NCBI RefSeq assembly: GCF_009914755.1
Contig: NC_060947.1
Length of the DNA: 64,000 nucleotides
Reading direction: 5' to 3' (one strand)
Source of the DNA: the human T2T-CHM13v2.0 reference genome, Homo sapiens
Part shown: piece by piece, positions 47,785 through 61,302 of the stretch
How positions within the stretch are numbered: position 1 is the stretch's first letter
Layout of the letters: each line of letters begins with the position of its first letter
Notes under the pieces: generated by a model
What the model was told of the DNA's origin: nothing
Seen by the model: the letters and a program-made list of their open reading frames with translations, nothing else
Database searches by the model: none
Position numbers and translations under genes: made by a program

Positions 47785-47904
47785 GTAAGATTTGGTAGCA
47801 TTTGTCTGTAAGAACCCAGATGAGGTAGGCACCTGTGGTTCAGGGTTTGTACTTTTTCTTCTTGGGTTGGCAGAGCATTGTCTTGCTCAATGTTAATGCT
47901 ACTC

Positions 47905-48120
47905 TGAGGTGGATTTAACTTGTAGTCAAAGGAGCTTAAGCCTCAGGACTTTTGCTTGGACAGGCCCCTTCCAAGGCCCTGAAAGGCCCTAGTAGTGTGT
48001 TTACATGGTTATAGGTTTTTGCACAATTTGCACAAGTAATATATTTTTATTCTTTTCCTTAAAGGAGAATCCCCAAATTCTAGAAGCCTTGGGTTTCAAA
48101 AAACACGGACCCACTCCTGG
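47905..48120. mobile_element. hAT-Tip100-like MITE (MER115/Zaphod-like)
   Basis: ggtggattta...gcttaagcctcagg...ggccccttccaaggccct ... ggacccactcctg. Confidence 0.45.
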
Positions 48121-48964
48121 TATCACTAATCAGTCTCTAGCCTTTCGTGACTGGTCTACATATTTATTACTCTCACATGCTTGTCTGGCTAGATAAAAAC
48201 ACCCAAGGACTTCTAGACAACCCATGGACCTCAGAAACAATATCAGACCTAAGTTTTTCTTAAGTTTTAGATCTTTTGCTGACCGTAGCACTGTCTCAGT
48301 TTATTCTGATTTTGTATAGAACTTTTAGCCACTGCAGCTAGATGGAAAGGAGGCTTGAATTTTTCTTCCTTACCATTACATTCTTATAGATTGGGAAAGA
48401 AAGACCTTTTAACCTGAAACTGCTAACAGCCCAGCACCCAGATAAAGCCAGAGCTTGGAAAGAGGCAGCTCTGAGATTTGTGTCTTTCTGAGGAGACATC
48501 CTCTTCAGAGGCCCTCACTTAGCGTGGAGGAAGGAACAGGAAGAGGCTGATGAAAAGGCAGGAGAGGAAGTTAGGCATTGTGGAGCTCCTCCTGAGCCTG
48601 GCTTCATTATTTTGATTGGAGAATTCTGAACAGTGGAAAGCCTGGAGCTAGCAATTAGGAGACCTTTTGTATTCAGACTCTTCTAACTCAGGTAAGTCAC
48701 TGTCTCTTTCTGGATCTTAACTTCCTTCAGTGGTACTTAAAATGAGGGGATTTGAGGGGATCTCTTCTAATTCTGCATTCCATGACAACAGGAATCCCCA
48801 GGTTGCCAAATCTACTCGTATTCAAATGTTAAATTGGGAAACGCCTCTTAAAATGAAATCATTGCTAAAATGTCCATACAACTTTCCCAGCGTAAAGCCA
48901 CACAGGAAGGCATAAAGACTGTCAGAGGCAGGAGTGAGGGTGTGGACATTTAAGAGGACGAGCA

Positions 48965-49215
48965 CATAACAGCTAACATCTGTTATAGGTTCACTGCATA
49001 CTAGTCACCATCCAAGCACTTTAAGTGTATTATCTTTTGAATACTCACAACTCAATGAAGTAGGTACTATAATTCTCCCCATTTATGGATGAGGAAACTG
49101 AAGCTCAGAGAGGTTAAGTTAACCAGGTTACACAGCTGGTAAGTAGCAGAGTCAGGGTTCAAACCCAAGCAAAGTATGACTTCGGGTGTCTTACTCTTAA
49201 CCATTATACATCTGC
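48965..49215. mobile_element. MIR; other MIR cores at ~7300-7550, 10740-10970, 18625-18865, 35860-36080, 39950-40160, 54145-54270
   Basis: gatgaggaaactgaagctcagagaggttaagt core. Confidence 0.75.
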
Positions 49216-49703
49216 TTCCCTGAATATGCTAGGCACCGGGGCATGGAAGGGAGGGAAAATACAGATAGCTCAACTTTCCGATTTGCTCCAAAGAAAAGGA
49301 AGACAGAAAATAGAAACTATTGGCTAAAAGTAGATTTCCCTTTGTTCTTTTTAAGTGCAGTGACTATAAGTTTTATACAGAATATAATACAGACATGTTG
49401 AGAAGAGGGAGAGAGGTGACTAAGAAAGACAGCCACATCTAAGTACAGATAAAAATGTGGAAGCCATATTTGTGGCCCATCAAAGTAAATTTATGTCATA
49501 AAATACAAGAAAGCATGCTTTGAAAAAAGACACAAAAACATTTGTGATATTATATATGCATTTAGATTATAAGTGCCAGTTGCACTAGTTGCTATACATT
49601 TCTTACACACCTAATTTGCTTAGTAAGACATTTCCTTTTTATTTAAACATGCATGTGTGCATGAACAGACACACATGCATCCACACAAACAAGCCAACCC
49701 CTA

Positions 49704-49962
49704 GTTTTTGTTTTGTTTTATTTTATTTTGTTTTGCTTGAGACAGGGTCTCTCTGTTACTTAGGCTAGAGTACAGTGGTGATCATAGCTCACTGCAATCT
49801 CGAACTCCTGGGTTCAAGTGATCCTCATACCTCATTTTTTTTGTAGAGATGGGGTCTCACTATGTTGCCCAGGCTGGTCTTGAATTCCTGGCCTGAAGCG
49901 ATCTCCCTGTCTCAGCTTCCCAAAGCACTGGGATTACAGGTGTGAGTCGCTGGGCCCAGCCA
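49704..49962 (-). mobile_element. Alu (J-like) with internal deletion
   Basis: right arm jumps directly to the linker at ~49835. Confidence 0.88.
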
Positions 49963-50377
49963 AACCTCTAGTTTTAGATAAGGGATGATGGGTGCTGATG
50001 CAAGATCCAACCAACCATCATTCAGGCTGGAGCTGATAGTCTTGTTAGTGGGTTCTCTAGGATCCTTAATTTTCTTATTCCTTGTCTTTTGGCAATGATC
50101 CCAGTGTTTGTAACTGCCAGGACTGTGGAACTCAGTGAAAAGATGACAGGAGCTACCCAAGGTCATTATACCAGTCAAATAGCTCTGGTCAAACTATAGG
50201 TTGGGAGAAATACTGAAATTATTTGGCTAAAATAAGAATGGGTTTCCTGTGAATTTACCTAGCCCCATAATAATGGAATTGACTGGTTATTTGAAATTAA
50301 GTTAGTAGCTGGCTCAGAAGTAAAGGTGGGTATTTTTAGATATGGTGATTTAATTTTAATTTTACATTTAATTACAG

Positions 50378-50449
50378 AAAAATCTAAGCTGTTGTCTGAT
50401 ATAAGTGCTCGTCTATGGTTTACATACAGAAGGAAATTTTCACCAATTG
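50378..50449 (+). CDS. ATG4A: ATG4A exon 3
   Basis: tacag|AAAAATCT ... ATTG|GTAGGT; 72 nt; KSKLLSDISARLWFTYRRKFSPI. Confidence 0.95.
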
Positions 50450-51108
50450 GTAGGTAAATCATTTGTTTTACTGTGCTTTATTCCTTGTGGATAGCTTGCC
50501 TGAGGTTATCAGTGACTTCATAGAAACCTCAGAATTAACAGTTCACTATAGCAAAGAATTTGATTGAGGAGACTAGGTAAATCTTACACTTCATCCAAAA
50601 GTTTCATTGCTAAAGTATCCTTTCACATATGGCTCTATTTCATTGAGGGATTATGACAGTATACTTTTGACACCACCTCCAAGTGTTCAGGCACCAGATG
50701 ATATTACTTGTTATACTTTTGAGATTAAGGGGGAAAATCACATAATCTTTTAATTTGTATAATATCTGTTAAATTACAATCCACTGCTTTGTGGAACTAC
50801 ATGATTATTAATGAAAATTGTGTCTTGAAAGAAAGAAAATAATTTATTTGTTTTTTTTCCCCCTTATGACATGAAAGCACCTTGCCATTGAGAGACAAAT
50901 TACAGTAGTTTCCTTGGAACTAATTCTAGGCTGTTACCAGCTGTCAACTAGAAAAAAGGACAGCTCAATAGGTGAAGTGAATATGCTGTCTTCATAAAGG
51001 ATATACAACACATTTGCAAGTAGGGTGGCCACTTCCTAGTATCATGGCCCTGTAGGAAAAGGGCCTACAAATGGTGAAATCTACTCTTCTAAGAGGAAAC
51101 TAGAATGA

Positions 51109-51466
<358 letters not shown>

Positions 51467-52856
51467 CTTTTTTTTTTTTTTTTTTTATTGCTCTCCCCAG
51501 AAATACCCCAGTCACTAACAAACAAAAGAACAATCTTTAGTAACCAGTGGTTCTGAACTGTTAACTTTCTCTGGCTGAGGAGCTCTTTGCAAGGCTGGAA
51601 AATATTTCTAATTTTACTCTGCCAATATTTTGGCAATAGATGATCTCTTCTTTATGTGGGCCTCATTGCATCTTTTCCATACTAATCTGGCCAATAATCC
51701 CAGCATTAGCAAGAGCCAAAAGGCACCCCTTCCAGGTCATAAATTGGCTCCCTCCTTCCCATCTTCTTGTAGTAACTCTCCTTCAGTCCCCACAACTAAA
51801 AGAAAGGGGTGACCACCTTGACCCACTTGTCCTACAAGGTTGATGACCCCCTTTGAAGTTAGTCTTCTGAGATCATGTTTAGCATATTTTTCCACTTCCA
51901 CACTGGGAAAAGAAAACAATGAAAACAAAATATCCTCTCTGCCATACAAGTTATCTGATTTCATTGGCCCCTTGGAAAAGGATATTGAGCTCACCCTGGC
52001 CTCAAATGTGGGATTTTCTTTGCATAAGGTGTTCTTAAAATGGAACCTATTGTCTTATTTCGTTTATTAACTAATTTTATACCTTTTAAAGATACATTTC
52101 TAATTTATTAATATGGGTTTAAATTATGATCATACTCAAAACATCAAGTATTTGCATCATCCTCTATGGGTTCTAGAACACTTTCACAGATATTCTCTCA
52201 GTTCTTACAATACCCACTGATAGTAGGCAGAGTATGTACTATTATGCTCAGCCTATAGGTGAGATTTAGATTAGATAACTAGAGACTGGTCTTCTGATGC
52301 CTCATCTAGGGATCTTTCCCCTATTTTACAATGTCCTTCTTGCTGTTCAGATCTTCATAGTGTATATTCAGAATAGTCATGAGCCTTCCAAATCTCTTTG
52401 ACCATTTTGATGATTGCCTTTGGTAGTATTTGTTCTTTATCTAAGTAAGACTGGCTTCCCTGAGAATTTCAGGGCCATGCAAGTGAGCTATGCAAGGCAA
52501 GGTTTGGGTCTGGCAGATGATGACATGGAATGGACTAAGGGTTGGTATTCATACATGGCAGTCACCTACCAAAATTGCATGTATACCTAGAAGTCTTCAA
52601 GCAGAAAACATAAGGGACACATTTAGTTCATTTGCTTGTTTTATGTTTGGCCATAGAACCTGTTTTGGTTGACTCAGCACTATGTTTGCAAGTTCCAACC
52701 ATATACCCAAATCTTGTTTGATCTGTGGGTGTATCTGTCACCTCACTTTTCAGAGTATATATATTTACCTGTCTTGTGTGAGTCCCAAATATGCTGATGT
52801 TTCAGGAAAGGGCAATTTGAGGAACCCATATTAATTCCCTTCCATTTTGCCAACAG

Positions 52857-52955
52857 GTGGAACGGGCCCTTCATCAGATGCTGGTTGGGGATGTATGCTA
52901 CGCTGTGGACAGATGATGCTGGCTCAAGCCCTTATCTGTAGACACTTGGGAAGGG
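52857..52955 (+). CDS. ATG4A: ATG4A exon 4 (catalytic Cys77, TGT 52892-52894)
   Basis: aacag|GTGGA ... AGGG|GTGAGT; 99 nt; [32 protein letters not shown], the peptidase C54 D.GWGCM.R motif. Confidence 0.97.
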
Positions 52956-53501
52956 GTGAGTTAAATTTGTTTTATAAACTTTCTCAGAGACCTCTGCAGT
53001 ATCACTTGCTGCTGTTGATTTAGCTTGATGCTGAGCCTTGGGAACACTCAGTAACAAACTTGAGGGTCTTAAAATGCTCTCTGCAAGCTCAAGTGGTGGG
53101 GCTGACAAGTCAACAAAGCCCCTCATAAGAAGGAAACAGCTAATGTTTCCTTGTGAGTCACCAAGCCAGGGAGTTATTTTCCTGGGACAGAACTGAACAT
53201 CGAGGGAGGTATGTCATTTATCCTTTCCATCTTTGCTATTGTTTGAGTAAGTCCTTAGAAATGCAAGATAACAAAGGGAGCAGGAAGAAGGGTGTGGTGA
53301 TTAAGTCTGTTTCTTGACCTCATTTAAGATATCTGCCTGGTGAAGGATGTAAGTGACCTAAAGGAAGTGCATAGAGGGAGCTGGCGCTATTTTGGTTTTG
53401 GTTCACTAAGGATGTCCAGCTGATGATGAAGGAATCTTTAAATTTGCTTCCTTGGGAGGACATTTAATTAAGAAAGCCTTCTGATAATGGTTGTTGGAAC
53501 T

Positions 53502-53795
53502 ATTTTTTTTTTTTGAGTCGGAGTTTCGCTCTGTCTCCCAGGCTGCAGTGCAGTGGTGCGATCTCGGCTCACTGCAACCTCTGACCCCCGGGTTCAAGCA
53601 ATTCTCCGCCTCAGCCTCCTGAGTAGCTGGGATTATAAGTGCCTGCTACCACGCCTGGCTGATTTTTGAATTTTTAGTAGAGATGGTGTTTTGCCATGTT
53701 GGCCAGGCTGATCTCGAACTCCTGACCTCAGAGGATCCACCCGCCTCGGCCTCCCAAAGTGCTAGGATTACAGGCATGAGCTACCGCGCCTGGCT
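53502..53795 (-). mobile_element. Alu (S-like) with TSD
   Basis: TSD GGTTGTTGGAACT at 53489-53501 and 53796-53808. Confidence 0.95.
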
Positions 53796-55653
53796 GGTTG
53801 TTGGAACTCTTGAGTCTTGCTTTCTTAAGACATGTACATACTTCCCTATGGGCATCTGAAGGATGGGGTTGGCTGGATGCCAGTTCAGGCACTTGGGTGA
53901 AGGTCCAGTTGGACTTGGGGATGAGAGAGCGAAAGGACACTTTGGATGAGATTGGGCTGCTGAACTCATTGGCTGTTGCTAATTGAGGTTCAGAAGTATA
54001 GAAACATCGTTTTCCTTTTCCCACTGTGCAAACTCACAGATTTTGCTACAGCTTTCAGAGAGGATTGGAGAAGGGCCTAGGGAGGTTTCAGGGCTTGTTA
54101 CCTTCTCTTCAGGGTTTGGGATATCCTGCTTCCCCTGGATAGTATAATAATTTCCATTTTACAGATGAGGAAACCGAGGCTCAGGGAAGTGATGTGATTT
54201 ACCCAGGGTAAAACGCAAGAAATCAAAGATTTGGGGATAAAATAAAGATATTCCAACTCCTTGTCCAGTGATTTCCCTTGTTTATACATGCTTCTTGGTG
54301 TAGATCCATTCTTACTATTTAATTTTTTTTTCATTTATAACACACTTCAAAATGATTATTTTGGAAGTGAGTTCTGGAAGTAGGGAGCAAACTGGAAAAA
54401 AAAAAAAAAAACTCCACAGTCAGCAATCTCAATTGTTTCAATACAAAATCAAGTAGCAGGAAGAAGTTGGAAATAGATCTTGTAGCTAAGATGAGTTAAA
54501 AGAGTAATTTTGTAAAGATGTCTTTTGGATTGTTTCCTATTCAGCTATTTTAAAATTAAGGTAGAGTATTCACTTGCCATTGTCGTCAGTGAATATTTAG
54601 TGCTATTTAGCAGCCAGCTAATTAGGATTTCCCCAGACTTGGACAATTTGGTAGCTAATGAAAAGAAGTTGGATGTGGTTCACCCTCTGAGGGCTGTGCT
54701 GGATCCAAAGTTAAAAACTTTGGTTTTAGAAACACTAGAAGCAAAAGACAACTGAAGAGTCTGGAGATAATGGCCTTTGGCTTCAAGTGTAGTTCAGTCT
54801 TTATTTCAAACTCTTTAAAACCTCAGGAGAAAAATTTGTCTTGGACGCAAACTAAGCCTCAAAAATCTGTCCCATTAGACAGCGTTTCTAGAGCTGAGAG
54901 GATTGCAGTGATTACATAGGGTTTTTGCAGTTGTCCTCAGCAAGTTACGAATGGCCTCTGTAGGATTTAGGGGGCTGTGCTGAAGGCACAGATGGTATCC
55001 GTACAGATGCAGTTATTTTGGCATTGGTCTTAGGGAAACATTGAACACCTGATAGCAAAGGTATTTGTTTTCCCAAAGCTCAGCATGGACTTTTTAAAAG
55101 GTGGTGTAAAAACGACAGCATGCAATTTTTTTAAGCTTCCTTAGTTGTGAGCTATGTATATTCCCCTGTGAACTGTCGTATATCAGAATAGCACTTCTTA
55201 CCCGTGAGATCCTTTTGTCAATGCTGCCAAAATATAAGAGCAAAAGCCATTGCTGTCTATGTGGAGATGAGATGCTATGGCATCTGGCTTATATACCGAT
55301 GTACTGCCGGGCTTTGTGGTGACCTCCTGTTCACTGAGTAACTGGCCAGAAAGGCCTTTGTGACATTGTTTTTATGTAATATTTATCCAGCTCCAGCCCT
55401 TGGGTTAAGTCAGTTCCTTGGTCAACTTTTTGTTTTGCTTTTACTTTATACCCACTGAGTCCTTGAAAGCAATCACTTTCCAGATGTCTTTGTCATCAAA
55501 ATGAAAGATACTTAGAAATGTTCTAACTTGGTCATCCCTGCCTTCTAGATGTGGTGCCTTTGTTTTTCTTCTAACTTTGTAGTTACAATAAAAGTGCAGA
55601 GAGGAATAAACAGTTATAAAAATGTTTCTAACCCATTTTTTTTTCTTAAAAAG

Positions 55654-55755
55654 ACTGGAGCTGGGAGAAACAAAAAGAACAACCCAAAGAATACCAACGC
55701 ATCCTACAGTGCTTCTTAGATAGAAAAGATTGTTGCTACTCTATCCATCAAATGG
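55654..55755 (+). CDS. ATG4A: ATG4A exon 5
   Basis: aaaag|ACTGG ... ATGG|GTAAGG; 102 nt; WSWEKQKEQPKEYQRILQCFLDRKDCCYSIHQM. Confidence 0.95.
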
Positions 55756-55935
55756 GTAAGGTCATAAATCAATAGTTTAAAGGCAGTGCCTATTCCTGTT
55801 CCTTCTCTTCCCTTGCCTTATATGTGGCTCCATTAAGTTGTCCATCTGCTTAATTATTTATGCAAAAAATTAAGATTTTGTGGCTTATTGGAAGATCTTT
55901 TGCTAACATGTTATTTTTTTCCACATTAAAAACAG

Positions 55936-56008
55936 CACAAATGGGTGTAGGAGAAGGGAAATCAATTGGAGAATGGTTTGGACCAAATACAGTTGCACAG
56001 GTGTTAAA
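55936..56008 (+). CDS. ATG4A: ATG4A exon 6
   Basis: aacag|CACAA ... TTAAA|GTAAGT; 73 nt; QMGVGEGKSIGEWFGPNTVAQVL. Confidence 0.96.
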
Positions 56009-57383
56009 GTAAGTAAAAGAGTCTGGCATCTGCCTTATTCTGCTGTCTCCTATGCTTCCCTCCCTAGACAACTAAACCTCCCATCAACCGAGGTATTCTT
56101 GCAATCCCGCTAAGCTACTCCTCCCACTAAACCATCAAATATCTGCCATTTTGCTCAGATGGCTCTTTGAAATGTGTAAGCATGGATATCTGTGTTGGTG
56201 TATCAGAGTTATATTCACTGGTAGCAGTATATGTGGCTGTATCCTAGGACTCATTCAGTGTCTCATGCTACAGATTGATGCTCATGTGCCTGGGAGCCAT
56301 TGGCCTGAGGGTCCCTTTGAAGCCAAAAGTTTCATACTAAGTGGTAGAGGCTAAGCCAGCCTAAGCAAGAAATGGACCCCCACAGGGCTCCCACATGCAC
56401 TACATAATATTTAAAAACCCTGTTCATTCAGCATTTTCTGTGTACCTTTACTGTGCTAAGTTCTGGGGGTGCAGAAATAAACTTGACACAGTCCTTGCCT
56501 CAAGGAACTCACCACCTGTTGGGGGCGACAAACCCCAGGGAAGTCTTGGAATCAGTTTGTCATCTCATAGCAGACTCAAGGTGTCCCAGTGTGGTATTTT
56601 TCCAGTTGTCTTGTTAAATTCCAGAATTCACCTCCCACAGCAAGAGGCAAGGTGGAGAGGTCAGGACCAACTTTTTGAAAGCAAACAGGGTGAGTGATGT
56701 TAGTACTTACACCTGCAGACCACCTTACCTGTTGTCACTCTCCTTCCTAACAACCTATCACTGGATGGAAACTCCATGAGGGCAGAGATTGTATTTATCT
56801 TGTTCACTCTGTAACACTAGCACATAGAACTGCCTGGCATGCATAAGTACTCAATAAGTGCTCGATGAATACATGAAAATGGCCGCCAGAATCTGAGGCC
56901 AGATTTAGGGATCAGAAGATTGAAACCTTCTGGCCTCCTTTGGTGTAGAATATTAAGCTCCTGGGCATTATGGGGGAACCTGTTCCATGCAAAGTACAGA
57001 CAGGACCCTGTTTCCATTACTAACCAGTCTTCAGTGAACTAGAATGCTTTGGGAATGTGTCTGTGAGGACAGTGGCCTGGATTTTTTGGGGACCCAAGGA
57101 AAATCTGTATTGACTTTACTCCTTCCTAACAATGTAACCTCTCTGAGGCTGCTCTCTTGCCATAGTCAGAGTGCCTTCTGGGCATCGCTGACTCTGCTGA
57201 GTGAAAATCTGGTAGGATTTCAGGAATCACTGTATGAACGTAGTGTGGAAAGTATAAGATATTAGAATGGCTGTGCTGAGCCCAAAACTCGGCTTGAAAT
57301 GGTTGGTGTTAAAATAACATCCCTCAGAATTTGCTTCTTTCTTCTAAATTTTAAGATTACCAACAACAAAGTGGAAACCTAGA

Positions 57384-57678
57384 TTTTTTTTTTTTTTTTA
57401 GGACAGAGTCTCACTCTGTCGCCCAGGCTGGAGTGCAGTGGCACAATCTCCGCTCACTGCAACCTCCACCTCCCAGGGTCAAGCATTCTCCTGTCTCAGC
57501 CTCCCGAGTAGCTGGGATTACAGGTGGCTGCTACCACACCCAGCTAATTTTTGTATTTTTAGTAGAGATGGAGTTTCACCATGTTAGCCAGGCTGGTCTC
57601 GAACTTCTGACCTCGTGATCCACCCGTCTCAACCTCCCAAAGTGCTGGGATTACAGGCGTGAGCCACCACGCCTGGTG
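57384..57678 (-). mobile_element. Alu (S-like)
   Basis: Alu body; TAGATTTTTTT on both flanks. Confidence 0.94.
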
Positions 57679-58687
57679 TAGATTTTTTTAAAGAATGTAA
57701 ATGGGTTCCAATTCATCATGATCATTAGCATTAACAACAACATATTATTATTATTATTATATTATTGTTATTATTCTGGGGAAAGATAATACATCAAAAT
57801 GAATGAAATACAAGGGTGATGGTAGTTAACCTCTTTCTGGGAGCTACCTGGTAGAGAGAATGTGTTTTCTTTGGTCCAGTGAGACTGGGTTTTACCCACA
57901 CATCCCAGACGTAGCCGGGTTAAACATGGCCTTACTTAACTGGCAAGGAAAGAAGAAGGAAAGGGAGAAATAGGCAGGGTACTTTACATAGACTTCAGAT
58001 CATCTCTCTTTTAAAGGGGTTTTCTTTCTAATACACCATAAAGTCCTACAGTTCAGCATGGTGGCTCTCTTCAGCTGCTGACCAGTAAAGCTTGGCACCC
58101 GAGTCAATCTGCAGCCTATGTCACTTGAGAGGCACTCTCAGGGCAGCTGGGGAACAGTGGAAGTAATCTCTCTCTCTCTTTCCCCTCCACCCACTGTCTC
58201 TATCTCTGGGTTTACCTGGAACATATTCTCCATATTATCTATGATCCCAAACAAATATCTATTTTTTACGGACAGCTTCCTTTTTAAAAGTTTTTTTACA
58301 GTTTCCCTTTTGTAAAATAAAAATTCAGTAAGTCAGAATGTCTTTTATTTAAGAAAACAAAGTCTCTTGGGACTTTGAGAGCAGATGCATGGGTAACTTT
58401 TCTTTTTTCCCCAGTAGGTGTCCCGTCATTTTGTGAAGTAGACTTCTCCAGGTTGTAAAGCAGAAACTTCTTTTTGAGGTTCAGATACAGTGACTCTGTG
58501 GCATTCTCAAGGTCTCTAGACATGGAGCATCCCAGAGCTCTGGCAAAGAAGCCAGAGCTGACCTGAACACCAGCTTTTCTATGGCTCAGTGTTTGGTGAC
58601 TTTAGGAACACTGGGCATAAATTGTACTGTTTTCTGCTGATATTTCCATCTTCCCAAATTGTGACTTCATTATACATTGCTTTGCAG

Positions 58688-58767
58688 AAAACTTGCTTTA
58701 TTTGACGAATGGAATTCCTTGGCTGTTTATGTTTCAATGGATAACACAGTGGTCATTGAAGATATCA
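58688..58767 (+). CDS. ATG4A: ATG4A exon 7
   Basis: tgcag|AAAAC ... ATCA|GTGAGT; 80 nt; KLALFDEWNSLAVYVSMDNTVVIEDI. Confidence 0.96.
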
Positions 58768-59400
58768 GTGAGTTACCAGCCTGTTTAACTTCCCAGCTGA
58801 TGGGTGATGAGTTCCTCCCTCACCATTCAGTATTCTGGGGCTCAAGAGAGTCTCTCTGGTCTTCCCCACCAGGGCAGGGGAGCTTAGGGGAGCACAGGGC
58901 TCTGATTCTCTTTCTTTTCAGCTTTCTGAGAGGGAGAACACCATTAGAGGGGCCTTGCTCCTCCTCAGTGAGGTACCACACTCCTTCCCTGCAGAAAACA
59001 CAAAGTGTGTATAATAATTTATTCAACCACCAACAGATCTTTCATGGAGGCTCACCCTTGTCCAGGCGTGTGATTCCTGCACTGAGGAGTGAGAGCAACC
59101 TAAAGATACAGTCCCTGTCTCAAAGGCCCTGGCAGACTTGAGAAATGAGATTCTTCCAATAAGCCCAGAATCCCTATTGGGAGCTAAACAAGTACCCAGT
59201 GGCCAGAATGAAGAGCATGAGCCCTAGAGGAATGGCCTGGGCTTTGTGCAGGCGGGGAGTCAGCTGAGCCCTGGTGGCAGAGGAGAGGGCCTTCTAGGCA
59301 GGGTGGGGGGCATGTGAGGTTCCCCTTAGTTTTGATATTGGAATATCTTCTAGGGCTGAAGACTCCTTACTTATCCAATATTCTGTTCTTCCATTTCTAG

Positions 59401-59588
59401 AAAAAATGTGCCGTGTCCTTCCCTTGAGTGCTGACACAGCTGGTGACAGGCCTCCCGATTCTTTAACTGCTTCAAACCAGAGTAAGGGCACCTCTGCCTA
59501 CTGCTCAGCCTGGAAACCCCTGCTGCTCATTGTGCCCCTTCGCCTGGGCATAAACCAAATCAATCCTGTCTATGTTGATGCATTCAAA
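59401..59588 (+). CDS. ATG4A: ATG4A exon 8
   Basis: tctag|AAAAAATG ... TTCAAA|GTAAGT; 188 nt; KMCRVLPLSADTAGD...WKPLLLIVPLRLGINQINPVYVDAFK. Confidence 0.96.
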
Positions 59589-59709
59589 GTAAGTCACTTC
59601 TTTCCCTGAGCCCATTGCTGCCTGCCCATCACACCGCCATCTCAGCACAGAGATCCGTGAGCAGCAGTCCACAAGTGAGTTGAGAATCTTGCATTGTCTT
59701 TCTCTCCAG

Positions 59710-59788
59710 GAGTGTTTTAAGATGCCACAGTCTTTAGGGGCATTAGGAGGAAAACCAAATAACGCGTATTATTTCATAGGATTCTTAG
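59710..59788 (+). CDS. ATG4A: ATG4A exon 9 (last exon found in window)
   Basis: ccag|GAGTGT ... TTAG|GTAAGA; 79 nt; ECFKMPQSLGALGGKPNNAYYFIGFL; cumulative 814 nt; the exon with the catalytic DPH motif is not in the window. Confidence 0.96.
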
Positions 59789-60386
59789 GTAAGAAAGGAG
59801 GAATCACAAGTAAGTCATCGTGGGCTAGGGGAGGGCGTGGGGACAAGGTTTGCATGGGAGACCAGGCAATTCCAGTTAGTGGGTTCCCGTCTAGCCCAGG
59901 AATGCCGTGGCCTCTGGTCAGCTCCTTCTGTCTCCGGCCTAACTGATGGAGAGTGATGTTTCTGTGTGCCTGATGGAAAGCAGGTCCAATTTCAATGCCT
60001 TCCTTGCTTCTTGATAAGATGGTTCCATTGCTTTCCCACTGGATAGCCCCAAGGTCATAGCATTGCTCCAGCATGTCTCTCTCCTGCCTGTGGGGCCCAG
60101 GGTGGTGGAATTTCAATCCCTTGGCTTTGCCAATATCTCTCTTATTAGGGCCTGCTGGCTCATTGTTCAGAGCTGTGACAGGTTGGGAATTGGAGGAGGC
60201 AAAGACAGAAGTACCCCTTTCCCGAGAATGGGGGCTAAGCCTTAAAACCACTAACCTCTTAATGTGGACCCGAGCAAGCAACCCAACATTCCCTGCATAG
60301 GAAGGCACCTCTGGAAACCCAGTCTCTTTACTCACTAGCTGTGACCAGAGACATCTGAGGTCCTTGGTACACAAGGTAAGCTAGCC

Positions 60387-60540
60387 TAGTGCTTCTGAAG
60401 CTTTAGCATGCACATGAATCACCTTGAGAGCCTATTGGAGTGCAGGTTCAGTAGGTCTTGGGTGCGGCCTGAGTTTCTGCATTTCTAACTAGGTGGTGCT
60501 GATGCTGCTGGTCCACAGACCACACTTTGCATACCCAGGG
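60387..60540. mobile_element. MER5-type hAT MITE
   Basis: gaatcacct...ctgcatttctaac...tgctgatgctgctggtcca...accacacttt. Confidence 0.75.
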
Positions 60541-61302
60541 CCTAAACACCTGGTTAGTGTTGAAGAGCATAAGTTAGAGAGTGATGTGGCCAGGAAAAGT
60601 TGGTACAGGACACCTGTTGCAGGGGTGGAATGGTCTGAGACTTGGCCTCAGGAAAGTTATGAGGTCAGATTGGTTGACAGACAAAGGAGAGCTACAGGAG
60701 TTACAAGGGAATGGCATGAGGGCACGTGCAAAGGACAGGGTGGAGATGGCCTTAGTTATCCTCCCCAACACATCTCCTCTTGGACATTCAGGGAGGTGAG
60801 GTGGGATGGGAACAGACACACGTGGCTTTGCATGCCAATCCCCCACTTGCTAGCTGTGTGACTTCAGGAAAAAGATATCAATATTCAGTCTCAGGTTCCT
60901 TTTATGTAAAATAGGGCTAATGCCTGACTCGCCCTGTTGTCATCTTACAGTAAAGTGTTCATCAAAGAGCCAGGCATATAGGACAGTCACTGAAAGGTGG
61001 CTGCACCTTGCTTTACCCCAATACCTATTTCCTTTGCCAGCCCCTTCTTCCTCTCTTTAGGTTGGGGGGTGTGGAGCGGGGCGTGGGGATTGCACAGCTG
61101 CCTCTGCTCTCTCTAATGCTGCCATCTATTGGTTGAGCCCAAGAATTACAGCTAAATGGAAAACGTGGAGCCTGTAAAGGCTTTTATTTTTCTAAGTATA
61201 AAACCTAGTGTTTGGAGTTCTGCAAAATCAGATGCCCTCTGTTCCTAAGCATTTGGGTTCAAAGAAAATGTTGCAAAAAATAGATTTCCAGTTGCTCATG
61301 CA

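Noticed and set aside
59769-60374. Longest ORF in the window (201 aa, antisense to ATG4A exon 9/intron 9)
   Set aside because: Starts at TTG, has no recognisable domain or promoter/splice context, and fits chance in GC-richer sequence
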